Positions 50,547-62,727 of a stretch of 64,000 nucleotides of DNA are shown piece after piece (within the stretch, counting starts at the first letter, position 1; each line of letters begins with the position of its first letter). The notes under the pieces are model-generated. The model was not told the origin of the DNA. It did no database searches and saw only the letters and a list, made by a program, of their open reading frames with translations. Where the stretch lies: assembly GCA_046483495.1 (NCBI GenBank), contig JAWODC010000057.1:39062-103061 (forward strand). The letters run 5' to 3'. A program made the translations under genes and the position numbers. This DNA is from Desulfobacterales bacterium (GTDB lineage Bacteria; Desulfobacterota; Desulfobacteria; Desulfobacterales; UBA5616).

Positions 50547-51041
50547 ATGAAAAGGCTTGCCATTTACCCAGGATCTTTTGACCCGCTAACGAACGGCCAT
50601 TTGGATATCGTTGAAAGGGGCCTTGCCCTGTTCGATGAAATTATCATTGCCATATTGATCAATCCCAAGAAACAGTCTCTTCTTTCTGTCGAGGAAAGAA
50701 TCGCACTGCTGGAAGAAACATTTAAAAAATACCCGAACGTACATGCCGATTCCTTTAACGGTCTTCTGGTGGATTACGCGAAACAGAAAAAAGCCACCGC
50801 CATTTTAAGGGGGATGCGTGCCGTATCCGATTTCGAATACGAGTTTCAAATGGCAATTATGAATCGACGCATGAATCGAGATATCCAAACCATATTTCTG
50901 ATGACCGGATTCCGATGGATTTTTACCAGTTCTTCCATTATAAAGGAGGTAGCCGGCTTCGGTGGTGACGTATCGGATTTGGTGCCCGAACCGGTAAATC
51001 GAACGCTGCGAGCCATTTACGGCCCGGTAACCCGGAAATAA
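50547..51041 (+). CDS. coaD: Phosphopantetheine adenylyltransferase
   Basis: YPGSFDPLTNGH, RGMRAVSDFEYE and SSS motifs. Confidence 0.95.
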   Translation: MKRLAIYPGSFDPLTNGHLDIVERGLALFDEIIIAILINPKKQSLLSVEERIALLEETFKKYPNVHADSFNGLLVDYAKQKKATAILRGMRAVSDFEYEFQMAIMNRRMNRDIQTIFLMTGFRWIFTSSSIIKEVAGFGGDVSDLVPEPVNRTLRAIYGPVTRK

Positions 51042-51054
51042 CGATCAAGAAATC

Positions 51055-53220
51055 ATGGTCGCATCGATTTCAAATACCGCCGGAACTATTCTTGAAAAAC
51101 GGTATCTAAAGAAGGATATCCATGGCAATGTTATCGAAACTTCGGCAGACCTGTTCAAGCGCGTGGCCCGAGCGGTTGCCGAAGCAGACCGCGTGTTCGA
51201 CGCTCAAGCGGACGTGGAAAAAACGGAACGAAAATTTTTTCACCTGCTGAGCAGCTTTTTATTTCTCCCCAATTCCCCGACACTAATGAATGCCGGCCGG
51301 CGTCTGGGACAGCTCGCCGCCTGTTTCGTGCTCCCCATCGATGATTCCATGGAAAGTATTTTTGAAACCCTGAAACACACGGCAATGATTCACAAAAGCG
51401 GCGGTGGAACCGGATTTGCATTCTCCAAAATCCGCCCGGAAAACGACGTGGTGCTTTCAACTGCCGGCATTTCCAGCGGCCCCCTGTCTTTCATGGGTGT
51501 ATTCGATATGGCGACGGAAACCGTCAAGCAGGGCGGCACGCGACGGGGAGCGAATATGGGGGTTTTGCGGGTGGATCACCCGGACATCGAAAAATTCATT
51601 CAGGCAAAAACACCTACGGATCGGCTCACCAATTTCAATCTTTCAGTCGCTGTCAGCGACACATTTATGAAGGCGCTCGAAGACGATAAGGACTACGACC
51701 TCATCAATCCGAGAACAGGCAAGACCGCCGGTCGGTTACCCGCATCCTACATTTTCGATAGGATCACGAATGCCGCTTGGAATTCCGGTGAACCGGGCGT
51801 TATTTTCATCGACCGAATCAATCAGCACAACCCCACGCCTCATATCGGCGAAATCGAGTCGACGAATCCCTGCGGCGAACAGCCTCTTCTGGCGTTCGAA
51901 TCCTGCACTTTGGGGTCCATCAACCTATATGAAATGGTCAAAAACAAAGACATCGAATTCAAGCGGCTGGAAAAAACCATTCATGACGCCGTTCATTTTC
52001 TCGATAATGTTGTGGAGATAAACAAGTATCCTCTCCCACAGATCGAACAAATGAGCATGGGAAACCGAAAAATCGGACTGGGCGTGATGGGATTTGCCGA
52101 CCTGCTGATTCGGCTGGAAATACCGTATGATTCCGATGAAGCCGAACAGACGGCTGAAAAAATCATGGCGTTTATTCAAAGCGAGTCCAAAGCGGCATCG
52201 GCGAATCTGGCGAAAAAGCGAGGCAACTTCCCGTTTTACCCGGGGAGTATTCACGATAATCCGGAAACGCCGTTCATGAGAAATGCGACCACGACTACAA
52301 TTGCACCGACAGGCACCATATCGCTTATCTCGGGCACTTCGAGCGGCATCGAGCCCATATTCGCCGTGGCCCATGTCCGCCACGTTCTCGAGGACCAAAA
52401 GCTTCCGCACATACACCCCCTCTTCCTTGAACTGGCCAAAAAAAACAAGTTCTATTCCGATGAACTCGTTTCAGAAATCACACGTACGGGATCGGTGCAA
52501 TCCCTTCCGCAAGTACCGGATTCCATCAAGCGCCTGTTTGCAACATCCCATGAGATTCCGGCCGCCCGTCATATCGGCATTCAAGCCGCATTCCAGAAAT
52601 TTACCGATAATGCCGTTTCAAAAACCATTAATTTTCCAAATGCCTCGTCACCGGAAGCGGTGAAAAACGCTTATCTTCAGGCCTATAACAGTGGATGCAA
52701 GGGGCTGACCATATACCGGTACGGGAGCAGAGACAGGCAAGTGCTTTCTTTGGGCGGGGAAAAGACGGATGCCAAAATCGCCCCAAGGCCCAGGCCGGAA
52801 CAGACGCACGGCGTCACCCAGCGGATCAGCACAGGCTGTGGGAATCTTTATGTAACCGTCAACTCAGACGATGAGGGAACCTGTGAAGTTTTTGCCCAAA
52901 TGGGCAAAACAGGCGGGTGTGCATCATCCCAGATCGAAGCGGCCGGCCGGCTTGCCTCCCTTGCGTTGCGTTCAGGTGTAAAAGTGGATGCTATTATCAA
53001 ACAGCTCATCGGAATTCGATGCCCCTCACCTTCATGGCAGAATGGCAGAATGGTGTTATCCTGCCCGGATGCCATCGCACAGGTGCTCAGAGACGTCTCC
53101 CATTCGAATGTTATGGAGAATACTTACATGGCCGGTGTTTGCCCGGAATGCGGCGATACATTGTCCCATGAAGAAGGATGCCTCGTCTGCCATTCCTGCG
53201 GTTTCTCCAAGTGCAGCTAA
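51055..53220 (+). CDS. nrdJ: Class II (adenosylcobalamin-dependent) ribonucleotide reductase with C-terminal TSCPD/zinc-ribbon region
   Basis: PNSPTLMNAG, AACF, TNPCGEQ, APTGT, SKTIN; TGCG, SCPD, CPECG and CHSCG. Confidence 0.92.
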   Translation: MVASISNTAGTILEKRYLKKDIHGNVIETSADLFKRVARAVAEADRVFDAQADVEKTERKFFHLLSSFLFLPNSPTLMNAGRRLGQLAACFVLPIDDSMESIFETLKHTAMIHKSGGGTGFAFSKIRPENDVVLSTAGISSGPLSFMGVFDMATETVKQGGTRRGANMGVLRVDHPDIEKFIQAKTPTDRLTNFNLSVAVSDTFMKALEDDKDYDLINPRTGKTAGRLPASYIFDRITNAAWNSGEPGVIFIDRINQHNPTPHIGEIESTNPCGEQPLLAFESCTLGSINLYEMVKNKDIEFKRLEKTIHDAVHFLDNVVEINKYPLPQIEQMSMGNRKIGLGVMGFADLLIRLEIPYDSDEAEQTAEKIMAFIQSESKAASANLAKKRGNFPFYPGSIHDNPETPFMRNATTTTIAPTGTISLISGTSSGIEPIFAVAHVRHVLEDQKLPHIHPLFLELAKKNKFYSDELVSEITRTGSVQSLPQVPDSIKRLFATSHEIPAARHIGIQAAFQKFTDNAVSKTINFPNASSPEAVKNAYLQAYNSGCKGLTIYRYGSRDRQVLSLGGEKTDAKIAPRPRPEQTHGVTQRISTGCGNLYVTVNSDDEGTCEVFAQMGKTGGCASSQIEAAGRLASLALRSGVKVDAIIKQLIGIRCPSPSWQNGRMVLSCPDAIAQVLRDVSHSNVMENTYMAGVCPECGDTLSHEEGCLVCHSCGFSKCS

Positions 53221-53273
53221 ACCGCTTCCGGATGGGCACTAACAGTGTCCATCCATTTCTGGATGAAGACCAA

Positions 53274-53852
53274 CTAGAAAATATATTTAAACACCACAAA
53301 CCCCCCAACAAGCAATACCGTAAACACAATGGTAATCAAGTTGAAATACCGATCGATGAAAATCTGAACAATCGGTCCAAACCGATAAATCAGCGCCCCG
53401 ACCAGGAAAAAACGGGCCGAACGGGACAGTGTGGAGGCCAATAGAAATATGCCGAAATGAATATGAAACGCACCTGCTGTAATCGTAAATAATTTATACG
53501 GCAAAGGCGTAAAGCCCGCTATACCGACTGCCCAGGCATCATAGGCGACATAGAGATCCTGAATATGGTTAAATTTTGAAGTCAGACCGTAAAGTTCGAT
53601 AATTTTGCCGCCCAGCCCCGCCATAAACTGCAGACCGATGAGATATCCCAAGCATCCGCCGATGATGGATCCCATGGAACATACCAGAGCATAACGAAGG
53701 GATTGTTTAGGGGCCGCCACGGCCAAAGCGATGAGCAAAACATCGGGAGGAATCGGAAAAAATGAAGATTCACAAACAGCCAGGATAAAAAGCGCCCATA
53801 AACCATACGGAGTCTCAGCCCATCGTACAATCCAGTCATACAGTTTTCGCAT
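53274..53852 (-). CDS. YqaA/DedA-family membrane protein
   Basis: ESSFFPIPPD and GFTPLPYK motifs. Confidence 0.9.
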   Translation of the reverse strand: MRKLYDWIVRWAETPYGLWALFILAVCESSFFPIPPDVLLIALAVAAPKQSLRYALVCSMGSIIGGCLGYLIGLQFMAGLGGKIIELYGLTSKFNHIQDLYVAYDAWAVGIAGFTPLPYKLFTITAGAFHIHFGIFLLASTLSRSARFFLVGALIYRFGPIVQIFIDRYFNLITIVFTVLLVGGFVVFKYIF

Positions 53853-53858
53853 TCGCTG

Positions 53859-54515
53859 CTACTCCCGCCAGCCATGCTCACCCACAAGTTTCACAAATCG
53901 GCATCCGCCCAGTTCTGTCTTGTGGATTCCTTTTTCATCCTTCACAATTTTAACCAATTCCTGCGAAAACTGATCACCGACAGGAATGATCATGCGGCCG
54001 CCAGAGGCCAGCTGACTGATTAACACATGGGGAATTTCCGGTGCTCCGGCCGTAACGATGACGGCATCGAATGGACTTTCATCCGGCCATCCGGATGTGC
54101 CGTCCGAGTACTTGGTGACGATGTTGTAATAGCGAAGTTCATCAAAAAGTTTTCTGGCCCGGGCATACAGGGAATAAATTCTTTCGATTGTATAAACACG
54201 GAATGCAATTTGGGACAGGATGGCCGCCTGGTATCCGGAACCGGTTCCTATTTCCAGTACACGATCATCTTTCCCCAGAGCAAGCGCCTGAGTCATTTCC
54301 GCAACAATATACGGCTGGGAAATGGTCTGCTGTTCTCCGATGGGAAGGGGGTAATCGCCATAAGCCTGGTCCATCAGGGCTTCACCGACAAAAAGATGCC
54401 GGGGTACATTCCGCATGGCCGAAAGCACGTGGGGATCTGTTACCCCTCTTGCTTCAATCTGTCGCCGGACCATGTCTTCCCGCTGTTTCTCGAACTTCAA
54501 TGCATCTTTGCTCAT
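53859..54515 (-). CDS. pcm: Protein-L-isoaspartate O-methyltransferase
   Basis: [26 protein letters not shown] and FVKL motifs. Confidence 0.95.
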   Translation of the reverse strand: MSKDALKFEKQREDMVRRQIEARGVTDPHVLSAMRNVPRHLFVGEALMDQAYGDYPLPIGEQQTISQPYIVAEMTQALALGKDDRVLEIGTGSGYQAAILSQIAFRVYTIERIYSLYARARKLFDELRYYNIVTKYSDGTSGWPDESPFDAVIVTAGAPEIPHVLISQLASGGRMIIPVGDQFSQELVKIVKDEKGIHKTELGGCRFVKLVGEHGWRE

Positions 54516-54799
54516 GGTGTTCTTGCCCTTTTTCGCGATTCGGCTTGGCCCTCTTTGATTTTAAGTACTAAAAAGTGCCTGAATTTTCAACAATAATGAA
54601 ATGGATTGCATACCGGCGATTACCGAAAGAACCGGGGGCATTTCAACAGGTGCAAACCGAGGAACAGAAATGTTTGTCTGCGTGCAGAACCGCCGACTCG
54701 TCCGCCTCAAAATTTTATTGTGGCCGGCCATTCATAAACGAAAATCCTCCAGACGGACGAATTAGCCGAAGGGAAACGTCTCGCCCTCTCATGCCGGGC

Positions 54800-55387
54800 C
54801 TATATTTTATAGATAATCCGATCCTCAGTGATAATAATATCCACGTGCTTGTCATGAGAGGCCATGGGGACTTGGGGGACAATCTGGCTTTCAAACGCCG
54901 GAGATACTTTACGCGTGGTGGCCGACAATTTTGGAATAAACCTGTCGTAGTATCCTTCGCCGGTGCCGATCCTTCCGCCTTTTTCATCGAAGGCAATGCC
55001 GGGAATGATCGCGATATCGACGACATCGACGGGTACGGCCTTGCAGACGTTGGGGTTCGGTTCCAATACCCCGCGGGGACCCATAACCAGATCGGAATCC
55101 GGATTATCCACTTTCATCAGTTTTATCCGGTGCTTTTCAGGAAAAAAGCAAGGCAGCACCACAACTTTATTCACAGTGTAACACCGTTTGATGATCTCCT
55201 GAGTGGGGACCTCCTGATCTTTATGTATATAGAGCAGAGCAATGGTGGATTCCAGAAAGTTTGCAAACGAAAAGAGCCTGTCGGTAATCTGCATGATTTT
55301 TTCAGAACGCACGTCATCCGGCAACTCGTCCAACTTGTGAGCAATTTCCTTCCTGATGTCACTTTTTGTTTCATGTATATCGTCCAT
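54800..55387 (-). CDS. 5-formyltetrahydrofolate cyclo-ligase
   Basis: PGIAFD..GGRIGTGEGYYDR and HD..VD motifs. Confidence 0.92.
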   Translation of the reverse strand: MDDIHETKSDIRKEIAHKLDELPDDVRSEKIMQITDRLFSFANFLESTIALLYIHKDQEVPTQEIIKRCYTVNKVVVLPCFFPEKHRIKLMKVDNPDSDLVMGPRGVLEPNPNVCKAVPVDVVDIAIIPGIAFDEKGGRIGTGEGYYDRFIPKLSATTRKVSPAFESQIVPQVPMASHDKHVDIIITEDRIIYKI

Positions 55388-55441
55388 ATGCTCTCCGGTT
55401 TCTTATGATTAGACATGCTAATATACCGATTTTACCTTAAA

Positions 55442-55488
55442 AGTCAATCTATTTAATGATTGACTAAAATCGAAGGGCATAATATAGT
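55442..55488. promoter_or_regulatory. Back-to-back sigma70 promoters for serS and the cyclo-ligase gene
   Basis: AGTCAATC-N8-GATTGACT palindrome supplies both -35 boxes; plus strand TTGACT-17-TATAGT. Confidence 0.5.
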
Positions 55489-55531
55489 TATATATTTAAA
55501 GATCGGTTGATCATTTGTAAATGGTGAACGC

Positions 55532-56818
55532 ATGCTGGATACCAAATTCATCAATCAAAATCCGTCGCAGGTCCGTCAGGCATTGGCAGACAGGGGTGTG
55601 GCATTCGATCTGGAAGCCCTTGTTCAGATGGACACCGACAGAAAAGCCGCACTTCTCGAAATCGAAAAACTCCGGCACAACAGAAACGTCGTCTCTTACG
55701 AGATCGCAAAGCTCAAAAAACAGCATCCGGATGCTCAATCCCGTATCCTAGAGATGCGGAAGGTCTCGAACAGAATCAAGGAGCTGGAAAAATACCTCTC
55801 TGAAAATCAAGAAGGGATGCACGAGCTGCTGTTGCAGATTCCGAACATTCCCCATAAAACCGTTCCAGTGGGAAAAACGGAAAATGACAATCTTCCGATA
55901 AAAACCTTCGGCACCCCACCGGCTTTCGACTTTCGTCCGAAACCGCACTGGGACATCGGCCTGAATTTGAATATTCTGGATTTCGAAAGGGCGTCAAAGA
56001 TTTCGGGGACGCGGTTTCCGTTGTATTTCGGAGCAGGTGCACGACTTGAGCGCGCCCTGATCAATTTCATGCTCGATACCCATATCGCAGAAAACGGCTA
56101 CACGGAAGCATTGCCCCCGTTTATCGTGAATTCTCAAAGCATGACCAACACCGGTCAGCTGCCCAAATTCAAACAAGATCTTTTTAAGCTTGAAGAATGG
56201 GATTATTATCTGATTCCCACTGCTGAAGTGCCGGTTACCAATATTCATCAGGGAGAAATTCTTGACGAAGATCATCTTCCCCTTTATTATGCGGCCTACA
56301 CGCCCTGTTTTCGATCTGAAGCAGGTTCTTACGGGAAAGATACCCGGGGATTGATCCGTCAGCACCAGTTCAATAAAGTTGAACTGGTCAAGTTCACGAC
56401 ACCGGAATCCTCATACGATGAGCTTGAAACGTTGCTCCAAAACGCCGAGGACATTCTCCGCAAACTGGCAATCCCATATCGTGTAATCGTTCTGTGTACG
56501 GGTGATTTAGGCTTTTCCGCGGCAAAAACCTATGATATCGAAGTGTGGATGCCGTCTCAAAACAGCTACCGGGAAATTTCTTCCTGCAGCAATTTCGAGG
56601 CATTCCAAGCCAGAAGAGCAAATATTCGGTTTAAACGAAAAGGAAAAAAGAAAACCGAATGGGTTCACACGCTTAACGGCTCAGGTCTTGCCGTAGGCCG
56701 AACCACCGCCGCCATTCTGGAAAATTTCCAGCAGGAGGATGGCACCGTCCTCGTCCCGGAAGTGTTAAGGCCCTACATGGGGGGCATGGAAAGAATCGAG
56801 CCTTATGCATTTCAATGA
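55532..56818 (+). CDS. serS: Serine--tRNA ligase
   Basis: [31 protein letters not shown] and TLNGSGLA motifs. Confidence 0.97.
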   Translation: MLDTKFINQNPSQVRQALADRGVAFDLEALVQMDTDRKAALLEIEKLRHNRNVVSYEIAKLKKQHPDAQSRILEMRKVSNRIKELEKYLSENQEGMHELLLQIPNIPHKTVPVGKTENDNLPIKTFGTPPAFDFRPKPHWDIGLNLNILDFERASKISGTRFPLYFGAGARLERALINFMLDTHIAENGYTEALPPFIVNSQSMTNTGQLPKFKQDLFKLEEWDYYLIPTAEVPVTNIHQGEILDEDHLPLYYAAYTPCFRSEAGSYGKDTRGLIRQHQFNKVELVKFTTPESSYDELETLLQNAEDILRKLAIPYRVIVLCTGDLGFSAAKTYDIEVWMPSQNSYREISSCSNFEAFQARRANIRFKRKGKKKTEWVHTLNGSGLAVGRTTAAILENFQQEDGTVLVPEVLRPYMGGMERIEPYAFQ

Positions 56819-58310
56819 TTTTCCGGATTTCATCAAACCTTACCTCATTCCGAGAGAGCAGGGGGAATTGATATATCGCTGTCTTGAATGCGGCCAAGCG
56901 TTCGAAATCGACAGACTGCTGTACACCTGCCCGAATTGCCGGCAGGTCCTTCTGATTTATGACAGGCATTTCGAACGGCTGAAAGAAATTCCGCCTCATG
57001 TGTGGCACCAGATTTTCGATTACCGTAAAATGCTTTCCATGGCGGCGGTCAAAGGCATCTATCGGTACCAGGAATTCATCGGACCGGTTATCCCACTCGA
57101 TGCGGTTGTCTATTTGGGTGAGGGGCACACACCGATGATAAGGGCCAATGCCGTTTTGTCGGAAGCCGTCGGAATATCGTTTTACTTTAAAAATGACGGC
57201 CAAAATCCCAGCGCCTCCTTTAAAGACCGCGGTATGGCATCCGCTTTGAGCTATATTTCCTATTTAATCCGAACGGGCAGGTTATCCGACGTGCTGGCGG
57301 TTTGTGCTTCAACAGGGGACACGAGTGCCTCCGCAGCACTGTATGCATCGTATCTGAACCCGCATATCAAATCGGCGGTTCTGCTGCCGCACGGCAAAGT
57401 CACCCCGCAGCAATTGTCCCAACCCCTGGGAAGCGGTGCAACGGTATTTGAAATTCCCGGTGTATTCGACGACTGCATGAAAATCGTGGAATTTTTATCG
57501 GAAGATTATACGGTTGCCCTCCTGAATTCGAAGAATGCCTGGCGCATCCTCGGGCAGGAATCCTATTCTTATGAGATTGCGCAGGATTTTGAATACCGCC
57601 TGGATGACAAGGTGATCGTGGTTCCAATCGGAAACGCCGGCAATCTCACCGCCGTGATGAATGGATTTATCAAGTTTTTCGACACCGGCATCATTACATC
57701 CCTTCCGAAAATAATCGGCGTTCAATCCGACCATGCAGACCCGGTTTATCGTTACTATCGGGAACATGACGCCGAGAAGCGGAAATTTAACCCCGTAACC
57801 GTTCAACCGAGCGTGGCTCAGGCGGCCATGATCGGCAATCCGGTATCCATGCCGAGGATTATCCATCTGGTGAATGAGTACAACCGCTTGTCAAAGAAAG
57901 AAAACGTTTCCGTTGTGCAGGTGACGGAACAATCCATAATGGATTGGGAATTGACGGCCAATCGAAACGGGCATATCGTCTGCACCCATGGTGGAGAATG
58001 CCTGGCGGGGTTGGTCGAAGCCCTTCGCCTCCGAATCGTGGATCCCGGTGAAACCGCCATTCTAGATTCCACCGCTCATGCAATTAAATTTTCCGGCTTC
58101 CAGGACATGTACTTTGAAGACCGCTTTCCGGAAGAATTCGAAGTGTCTCCAAAGGCGGACCTGATCAATAAACCGCTTTACATTCGGCCGGGTGATCTTG
58201 AACATTTGCCGCAACCGGGAAAACCGCTGCCGCCGGAAGAAATGGCTGTTTTTGTAAAACGGGTTGCCGAAGAAATTGCATCGGTATTACAACTGGAAAA
58301 ACGGCAGTAG
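56805..58310 (+). CDS. thrC: Threonine synthase
   Basis: [27 protein letters not shown] and VPIGNAGN motifs. Confidence 0.9.
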   Translation: MHFNDFPDFIKPYLIPREQGELIYRCLECGQAFEIDRLLYTCPNCRQVLLIYDRHFERLKEIPPHVWHQIFDYRKMLSMAAVKGIYRYQEFIGPVIPLDAVVYLGEGHTPMIRANAVLSEAVGISFYFKNDGQNPSASFKDRGMASALSYISYLIRTGRLSDVLAVCASTGDTSASAALYASYLNPHIKSAVLLPHGKVTPQQLSQPLGSGATVFEIPGVFDDCMKIVEFLSEDYTVALLNSKNAWRILGQESYSYEIAQDFEYRLDDKVIVVPIGNAGNLTAVMNGFIKFFDTGIITSLPKIIGVQSDHADPVYRYYREHDAEKRKFNPVTVQPSVAQAAMIGNPVSMPRIIHLVNEYNRLSKKENVSVVQVTEQSIMDWELTANRNGHIVCTHGGECLAGLVEALRLRIVDPGETAILDSTAHAIKFSGFQDMYFEDRFPEEFEVSPKADLINKPLYIRPGDLEHLPQPGKPLPPEEMAVFVKRVAEEIASVLQLEKRQ

Positions 58311-58321
58311 GATAGACCTCG

Positions 58322-60151
58322 ATGATGAAAACGGCCTTTCGTGCGTTTGCCGCATTGCTCGCTTTAACGTTTCCCGTGTTCCCCGTGTCCGGTGCGTTCT
58401 TATATAAGAGCTATGTGGTCGAGCAGGACCGGGGACGCGACATTCTTTGTGATCCCTATATTGTTCGAAAGAATGATTGGGTCATCAAGCTCTTTCAACA
58501 GCGGGGGCAGATTTCGGAACAGGACTTCCCTGAGTTTCTAAGAATTTTCAAGCGCTTGAACCCGAATGTCGATAATGTCGATAAAATTCTTCCCGGACAA
58601 AACATTCTCATTCCACTGAAAATAATCGATAAAGACTCCCTCCCCGGTCAAGCCTCAGGGATTGTCACTATCCCTTTTGTAACGATTTCAAAAGCGCCCG
58701 AAATTGTGAAAGAAAATGCAAAGAACCACACGGTGGCCGCCGGAGAATGCGTTTCAGGTATTCTGTCCTCCCAATTCGGCCGATATGGTTCGAAGTCCTA
58801 CGAGGAAGGCCTGAAGCTGTTTAAACTCTTGAACCCGGAAATTACAAACGTGGACCGCATCTATTCGGGCCAGGTAATCCAGATTCCCGATGCAGCCATT
58901 AAGCAAAAACCCTGGTATGCGCTTCTTTTCACCGAAACGGGGGAAATCAACCGGGATCTCGATTTAGGCAGTCTTATGGCAGCCGATAAAGCATCGACGG
59001 ACCAAACAACCGGAACCGACATTATCCGCTCTCCCATTCCGGCCCCCCTTGAACTCAGGCCCAAGTCCTCATATACAGAAGCGGCAAATGCCTTAGATGC
59101 CGAACTTCTTGCCCGTGGAACGTATTTTTTCCCCCGCAAAGGAAAACGTGACCTAAAGCTCGATATGGGCAGGTTCCCGGTAATTGAGTTCACGACCGGA
59201 CAAAAGTATATTCTGAACACCGGCGGCCATTTTTCCACCGCCGATAAAGCGGTTATGCAACACCATTGGCCCGGTCTGAAAATTATTCCGGTTCCATTTC
59301 AAGCGTCGTTTGTAGATATTTTAGATGCGCTGTTCACATCCGATCAACGCTTTAACGCCAAAAACAGGCTTGTTCTGGAGCGAAACGGAATCGAGATCGA
59401 CATTATTGCCAAATGGGTCATTGAATCAGGTCCATCGGACACGGCCGGCGAACTTCCAAAGACCAATTGCATATTTATCGCCGGGCCTGAAGACCGCCTT
59501 ATCCCCGAGACCATAAAGCAGTATCTTGCAGAAATGAATATTCGAGTGAAGGAAATCGGCCGTGACGGCACCCCGGTCCAAAATGCCGAACTGTTCTCGA
59601 AAGCCGGGCCGGAGGACCGCTGTTATTCAGAAGTTTACACGACCCCCAAAAACCTGTTGGACAGACTGGCATCATTGGCCGGATACCACTATTTGGAAAA
59701 TATCGAGGTGTCGTTTCCCTATGCCGGGGATTACATAACAGCTTACGTCAATCTCATCGTAACCCCCTCCGGCAAGCAGCTTCTCGTCGATTACGGCGAT
59801 TTGTATGGAGATGCCGTTTCGTCCATCAAACGTTCAGGACTCGATATTCTTCAGCTGTCTTTTGATGAACCCTGGGAAGCCGTTATCGCTAAAATTTCTG
59901 ACGCTCTGAACCTGACGGTGGTTGAACGGCCGTCTTTTAAAGCGGCCGAACGAAACGATACGATGAATATCCATTTGCATGTACCCGGATTCAGTATTGA
60001 TTTGCCCGACGGCAAACAGTACTTGATTACGAAACACCCCCTGCATCCGGAGTTGAAAAAATTTCTCAGCCGAACACATGGCTCGCCTGCATTGATTAGA
60101 AACGCGAATAGAGCAGATGTTAACCCGGTGCAAGAACCGGATGCCTTTTAG
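58322..60151 (+). CDS. Exported protein with two LysM-like domains
   Basis: Signal peptide; YIVRKND..LNPNVDNVDKILPGQ and HTVAAGE..LNPEITNVDRIYSGQ. Confidence 0.75.
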   Translation: MMKTAFRAFAALLALTFPVFPVSGAFLYKSYVVEQDRGRDILCDPYIVRKNDWVIKLFQQRGQISEQDFPEFLRIFKRLNPNVDNVDKILPGQNILIPLKIIDKDSLPGQASGIVTIPFVTISKAPEIVKENAKNHTVAAGECVSGILSSQFGRYGSKSYEEGLKLFKLLNPEITNVDRIYSGQVIQIPDAAIKQKPWYALLFTETGEINRDLDLGSLMAADKASTDQTTGTDIIRSPIPAPLELRPKSSYTEAANALDAELLARGTYFFPRKGKRDLKLDMGRFPVIEFTTGQKYILNTGGHFSTADKAVMQHHWPGLKIIPVPFQASFVDILDALFTSDQRFNAKNRLVLERNGIEIDIIAKWVIESGPSDTAGELPKTNCIFIAGPEDRLIPETIKQYLAEMNIRVKEIGRDGTPVQNAELFSKAGPEDRCYSEVYTTPKNLLDRLASLAGYHYLENIEVSFPYAGDYITAYVNLIVTPSGKQLLVDYGDLYGDAVSSIKRSGLDILQLSFDEPWEAVIAKISDALNLTVVERPSFKAAERNDTMNIHLHVPGFSIDLPDGKQYLITKHPLHPELKKFLSRTHGSPALIRNANRADVNPVQEPDAF

Positions 60152-60228
60152 AAGCACAGCCGGTTTTTCTTGTGTCAAGAAAAACCAGTGAAAAATAATA
60201 GAATTTCTTAATAACATTGAAGGTGCCT

Positions 60229-61044
60229 ATGCCTAGATCGATCAGACCCGTTTCCTGCCGAAACCCGTATCGTCCGATGACGTGTTTTTGTCGTCGATTA
60301 TTATTCATTTTAGTGTTTTTTCCACTCGTTACCGCCTGCCAAACCACCTCGAATCATACCGGGGGAGATGCGGCCGCAACCAAGCGCATGATCGGGGAAG
60401 CCAATTTGATGCAGGGGAATTATACGGTTGCATTAAAGGAACTGCTGGAAGCTGAAAAGCTCGCCCCCAATGACCCCGTCATTCACAATTATCTGGGAAT
60501 TACTTACAAAAACAAACAGATGCCGGAAAAGGCAATCGAGCATTTCAATAAGGCACTGCAATTGAATCCGGAGTATTCAATCGCCCGGAACAACCTCGGG
60601 ACCGTTTACCTGGACAAGGGACAATACGATACAGCCATCGACCATTTTAAATCCGTAGCAAATGATATCCTGTATATGACACCGCATTACCCTTTAGCCA
60701 ATCTCGGTTGGGCCTCTTATAAGAAGGGGGATTATGCCACGGCCAAATCGTATTTTACGCAAGCGCTTGACATACAGCCGGAATTTTTGGTTGCCTTGAA
60801 CGGCCTGGGACAAACCCACCTGACGCTCAGAGAATACAGTCAGGCGATTATCGTTTATGAAAAAATCATCAAAAAGGCGCCTCGAGTGCCGGAATTTCTT
60901 TTAAATCTGGCCCGTGCTTATGAATTCGGCGGCAATCCCCAAAAGGCCGCTACGACATTATCACGCTATCTTCTGGCCAAGCCGCATGACCCCAAAGAAC
61001 CTGAAATCCGCGCAAAGATTAAGGCGTTAAGCCAAATTCAATGA
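60229..61044 (+). CDS. TPR lipoprotein, PilF/PilW/Tgl-like pilotin candidate
   Basis: Lipobox LVTAC; TPR repeats (ARNNLG, LYMTPHYPLANLG); next to pilQ. Confidence 0.75.
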   Translation: MPRSIRPVSCRNPYRPMTCFCRRLLFILVFFPLVTACQTTSNHTGGDAAATKRMIGEANLMQGNYTVALKELLEAEKLAPNDPVIHNYLGITYKNKQMPEKAIEHFNKALQLNPEYSIARNNLGTVYLDKGQYDTAIDHFKSVANDILYMTPHYPLANLGWASYKKGDYATAKSYFTQALDIQPEFLVALNGLGQTHLTLREYSQAIIVYEKIIKKAPRVPEFLLNLARAYEFGGNPQKAATTLSRYLLAKPHDPKEPEIRAKIKALSQIQ

Positions 61045-61155
61045 TGGAAGATGCTCCGGCATCATCCCGGTTACAGCGCGACGGATAGGGAAATGAATGG
61101 ATCAGCCGTTTAGTAAGGCACCGGACGGAATAAGAACCGGACGGACAAAACGTCG

Positions 61156-61185
61156 AAAAAAAACGGGCGGGAAATTCCCCGCCCG
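61156..61185 (-). terminator. Intrinsic terminator downstream of pilQ
   Basis: Minus strand CGGGCGGG-gaattt-CCCGCCCG-TTTTTTTT. Confidence 0.8.
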
Positions 61186-61268
61186 GCACATATTGATGTG
61201 ACATATTTTGAGGATTAAAATTTTCCGGACAACTGGATGAACGAATTAGAATAAGTGTTTTTTTTAAA

Positions 61269-62727
61269 CTAAAGAATGCGCTGCTCTAACTTTACGATTC
61301 GGGGCGTGATAAAAATCAGCATCTCCATGTCTTCCGTCGACTCGAATTCCCGCCGGAACAGCCATCCCAGGCCCGGGATATCGGCAAGTCCAGGCAATCC
61401 GGTTTCGGAAACGGACTGAGTATTTTTCATAATGCCGCCGATGACAATGGTATCCCCGTCATTGACCAGGAGCTCGGTTTGCGCTTCGTTGGTGGAGATT
61501 TGAGGAATGCCGTCAAAACGCCCGGCGATGTCGTTTTTGGTAATGAAAAGACTCAAGGAAATCCGATTATCCGGCGTGACATGAGGCGTCACCTCGAGCA
61601 GCAGGTCCACATCCTTGAACTCCACATCCCTGCTTTCGGTCAGCGTGTCCTCAGCTTCGTCATAATAACCTACTTCGAATCCCTGTTTAATCATGGCCTT
61701 TTTATTATCGAGTGTCACGATTTTCGGCGCTGAAACGATTTTCACATCATTGTTGGCCGCCAATGCCGTAAGGCGTGCATCCAAAACGAAGGGGGTACCC
61801 GAAATTCGGGTAAAACTGAATCCGACTCCCGAATTGCTGGCCGCCGGAAAATTAATGGCCGTATCCCAGGAATAAATGCCGTCCAGCAGGTCCGAAGATG
61901 TCGCACCACTGTTCATTTCCCATTCGATGCCGATATCCCTGGCCGTATCCGAGTTGAGTTCTACTATCTTTGCTTCGATAATCACCTGTGGGGTTACTTT
62001 ATCGATATTTTGTACGATCTGCCTGGCTTGAGCGATCTTCTCGGTCGTGTCCGTTATGATGATCTGGTTGTTGCGTTCGTCGACACTGATGCTTCCCCGC
62101 TCTTTGGTTACGATGCTTTGGAGATGCGGCAGGATTTCCGTCTTTGCATTGGAATAGGAAACGGAGATGTATTCGGTTTCCATAGGAGCGAGGTCCTTGA
62201 TCCTTTCCTTGGCTTCCCGTTCCGCCGCCACGCTCTCCATCAGGGATGCGGATTCCGCTTTAATTGTTTGAAGGGTTGCGATGCGGACGATATCACCCTC
62301 GTAAACAACCCCCAGCTTATTCATTTTCAGCACAAGATCCATGATTTGATCCCAGGGAACCGGCTTATCGAGGGTCATGGTGACCTTTCCGTTCACATCA
62401 TCATCGATGATAAAGTTCTTTCCGCTTATTTCCCTCAAGATGCGAAAAACGTTTTTAATATCGGTTTCATAAAAATCAAGCGCGATTTTTTCACCGGTGT
62501 ATACCCTTTTCCCCAGGGACTGGTCTGTTGAGCGGATCGACCCAATCGCCGGTCCATCGGTATTTTGGACCGTATCGACGTTTGATTCGACAAAATCACC
62601 TGAAATGATTCGTTTCCACGGGGGCAGGTTTGCCGCTTCCAGCGGCCTTGGAGGAATCGAAGACGGCTCGAAATGAACCATGATAAGGCTGTCTGATGTT
62701 TCGGCAAAATACGGGACCGCCTCTCTC
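61269..62727 (-). pseudogene. pilQ: Type IV pilus secretin PilQ, 5'-truncated in this sequence
   Basis: YTGEKIALDF, VPWDQ, QVIIEAKIVE, LEVTPHVT and IFITPRI; no signal peptide; frame runs into unrelated AT-rich DNA. Confidence 0.8.

Noticed and set aside
54516..54799. Possible 6S RNA near the 5-formyl-THF cyclo-ligase gene
   Set aside because: The gap is downstream rather than upstream of the gene, and I could not see the long rod structure; an Infernal scan would be needed.
61120..61145. 10-bp direct repeat ACCGGACGGA x2
   Set aside because: Only two short copies between convergent genes; not a CRISPR array and no function can be supported.
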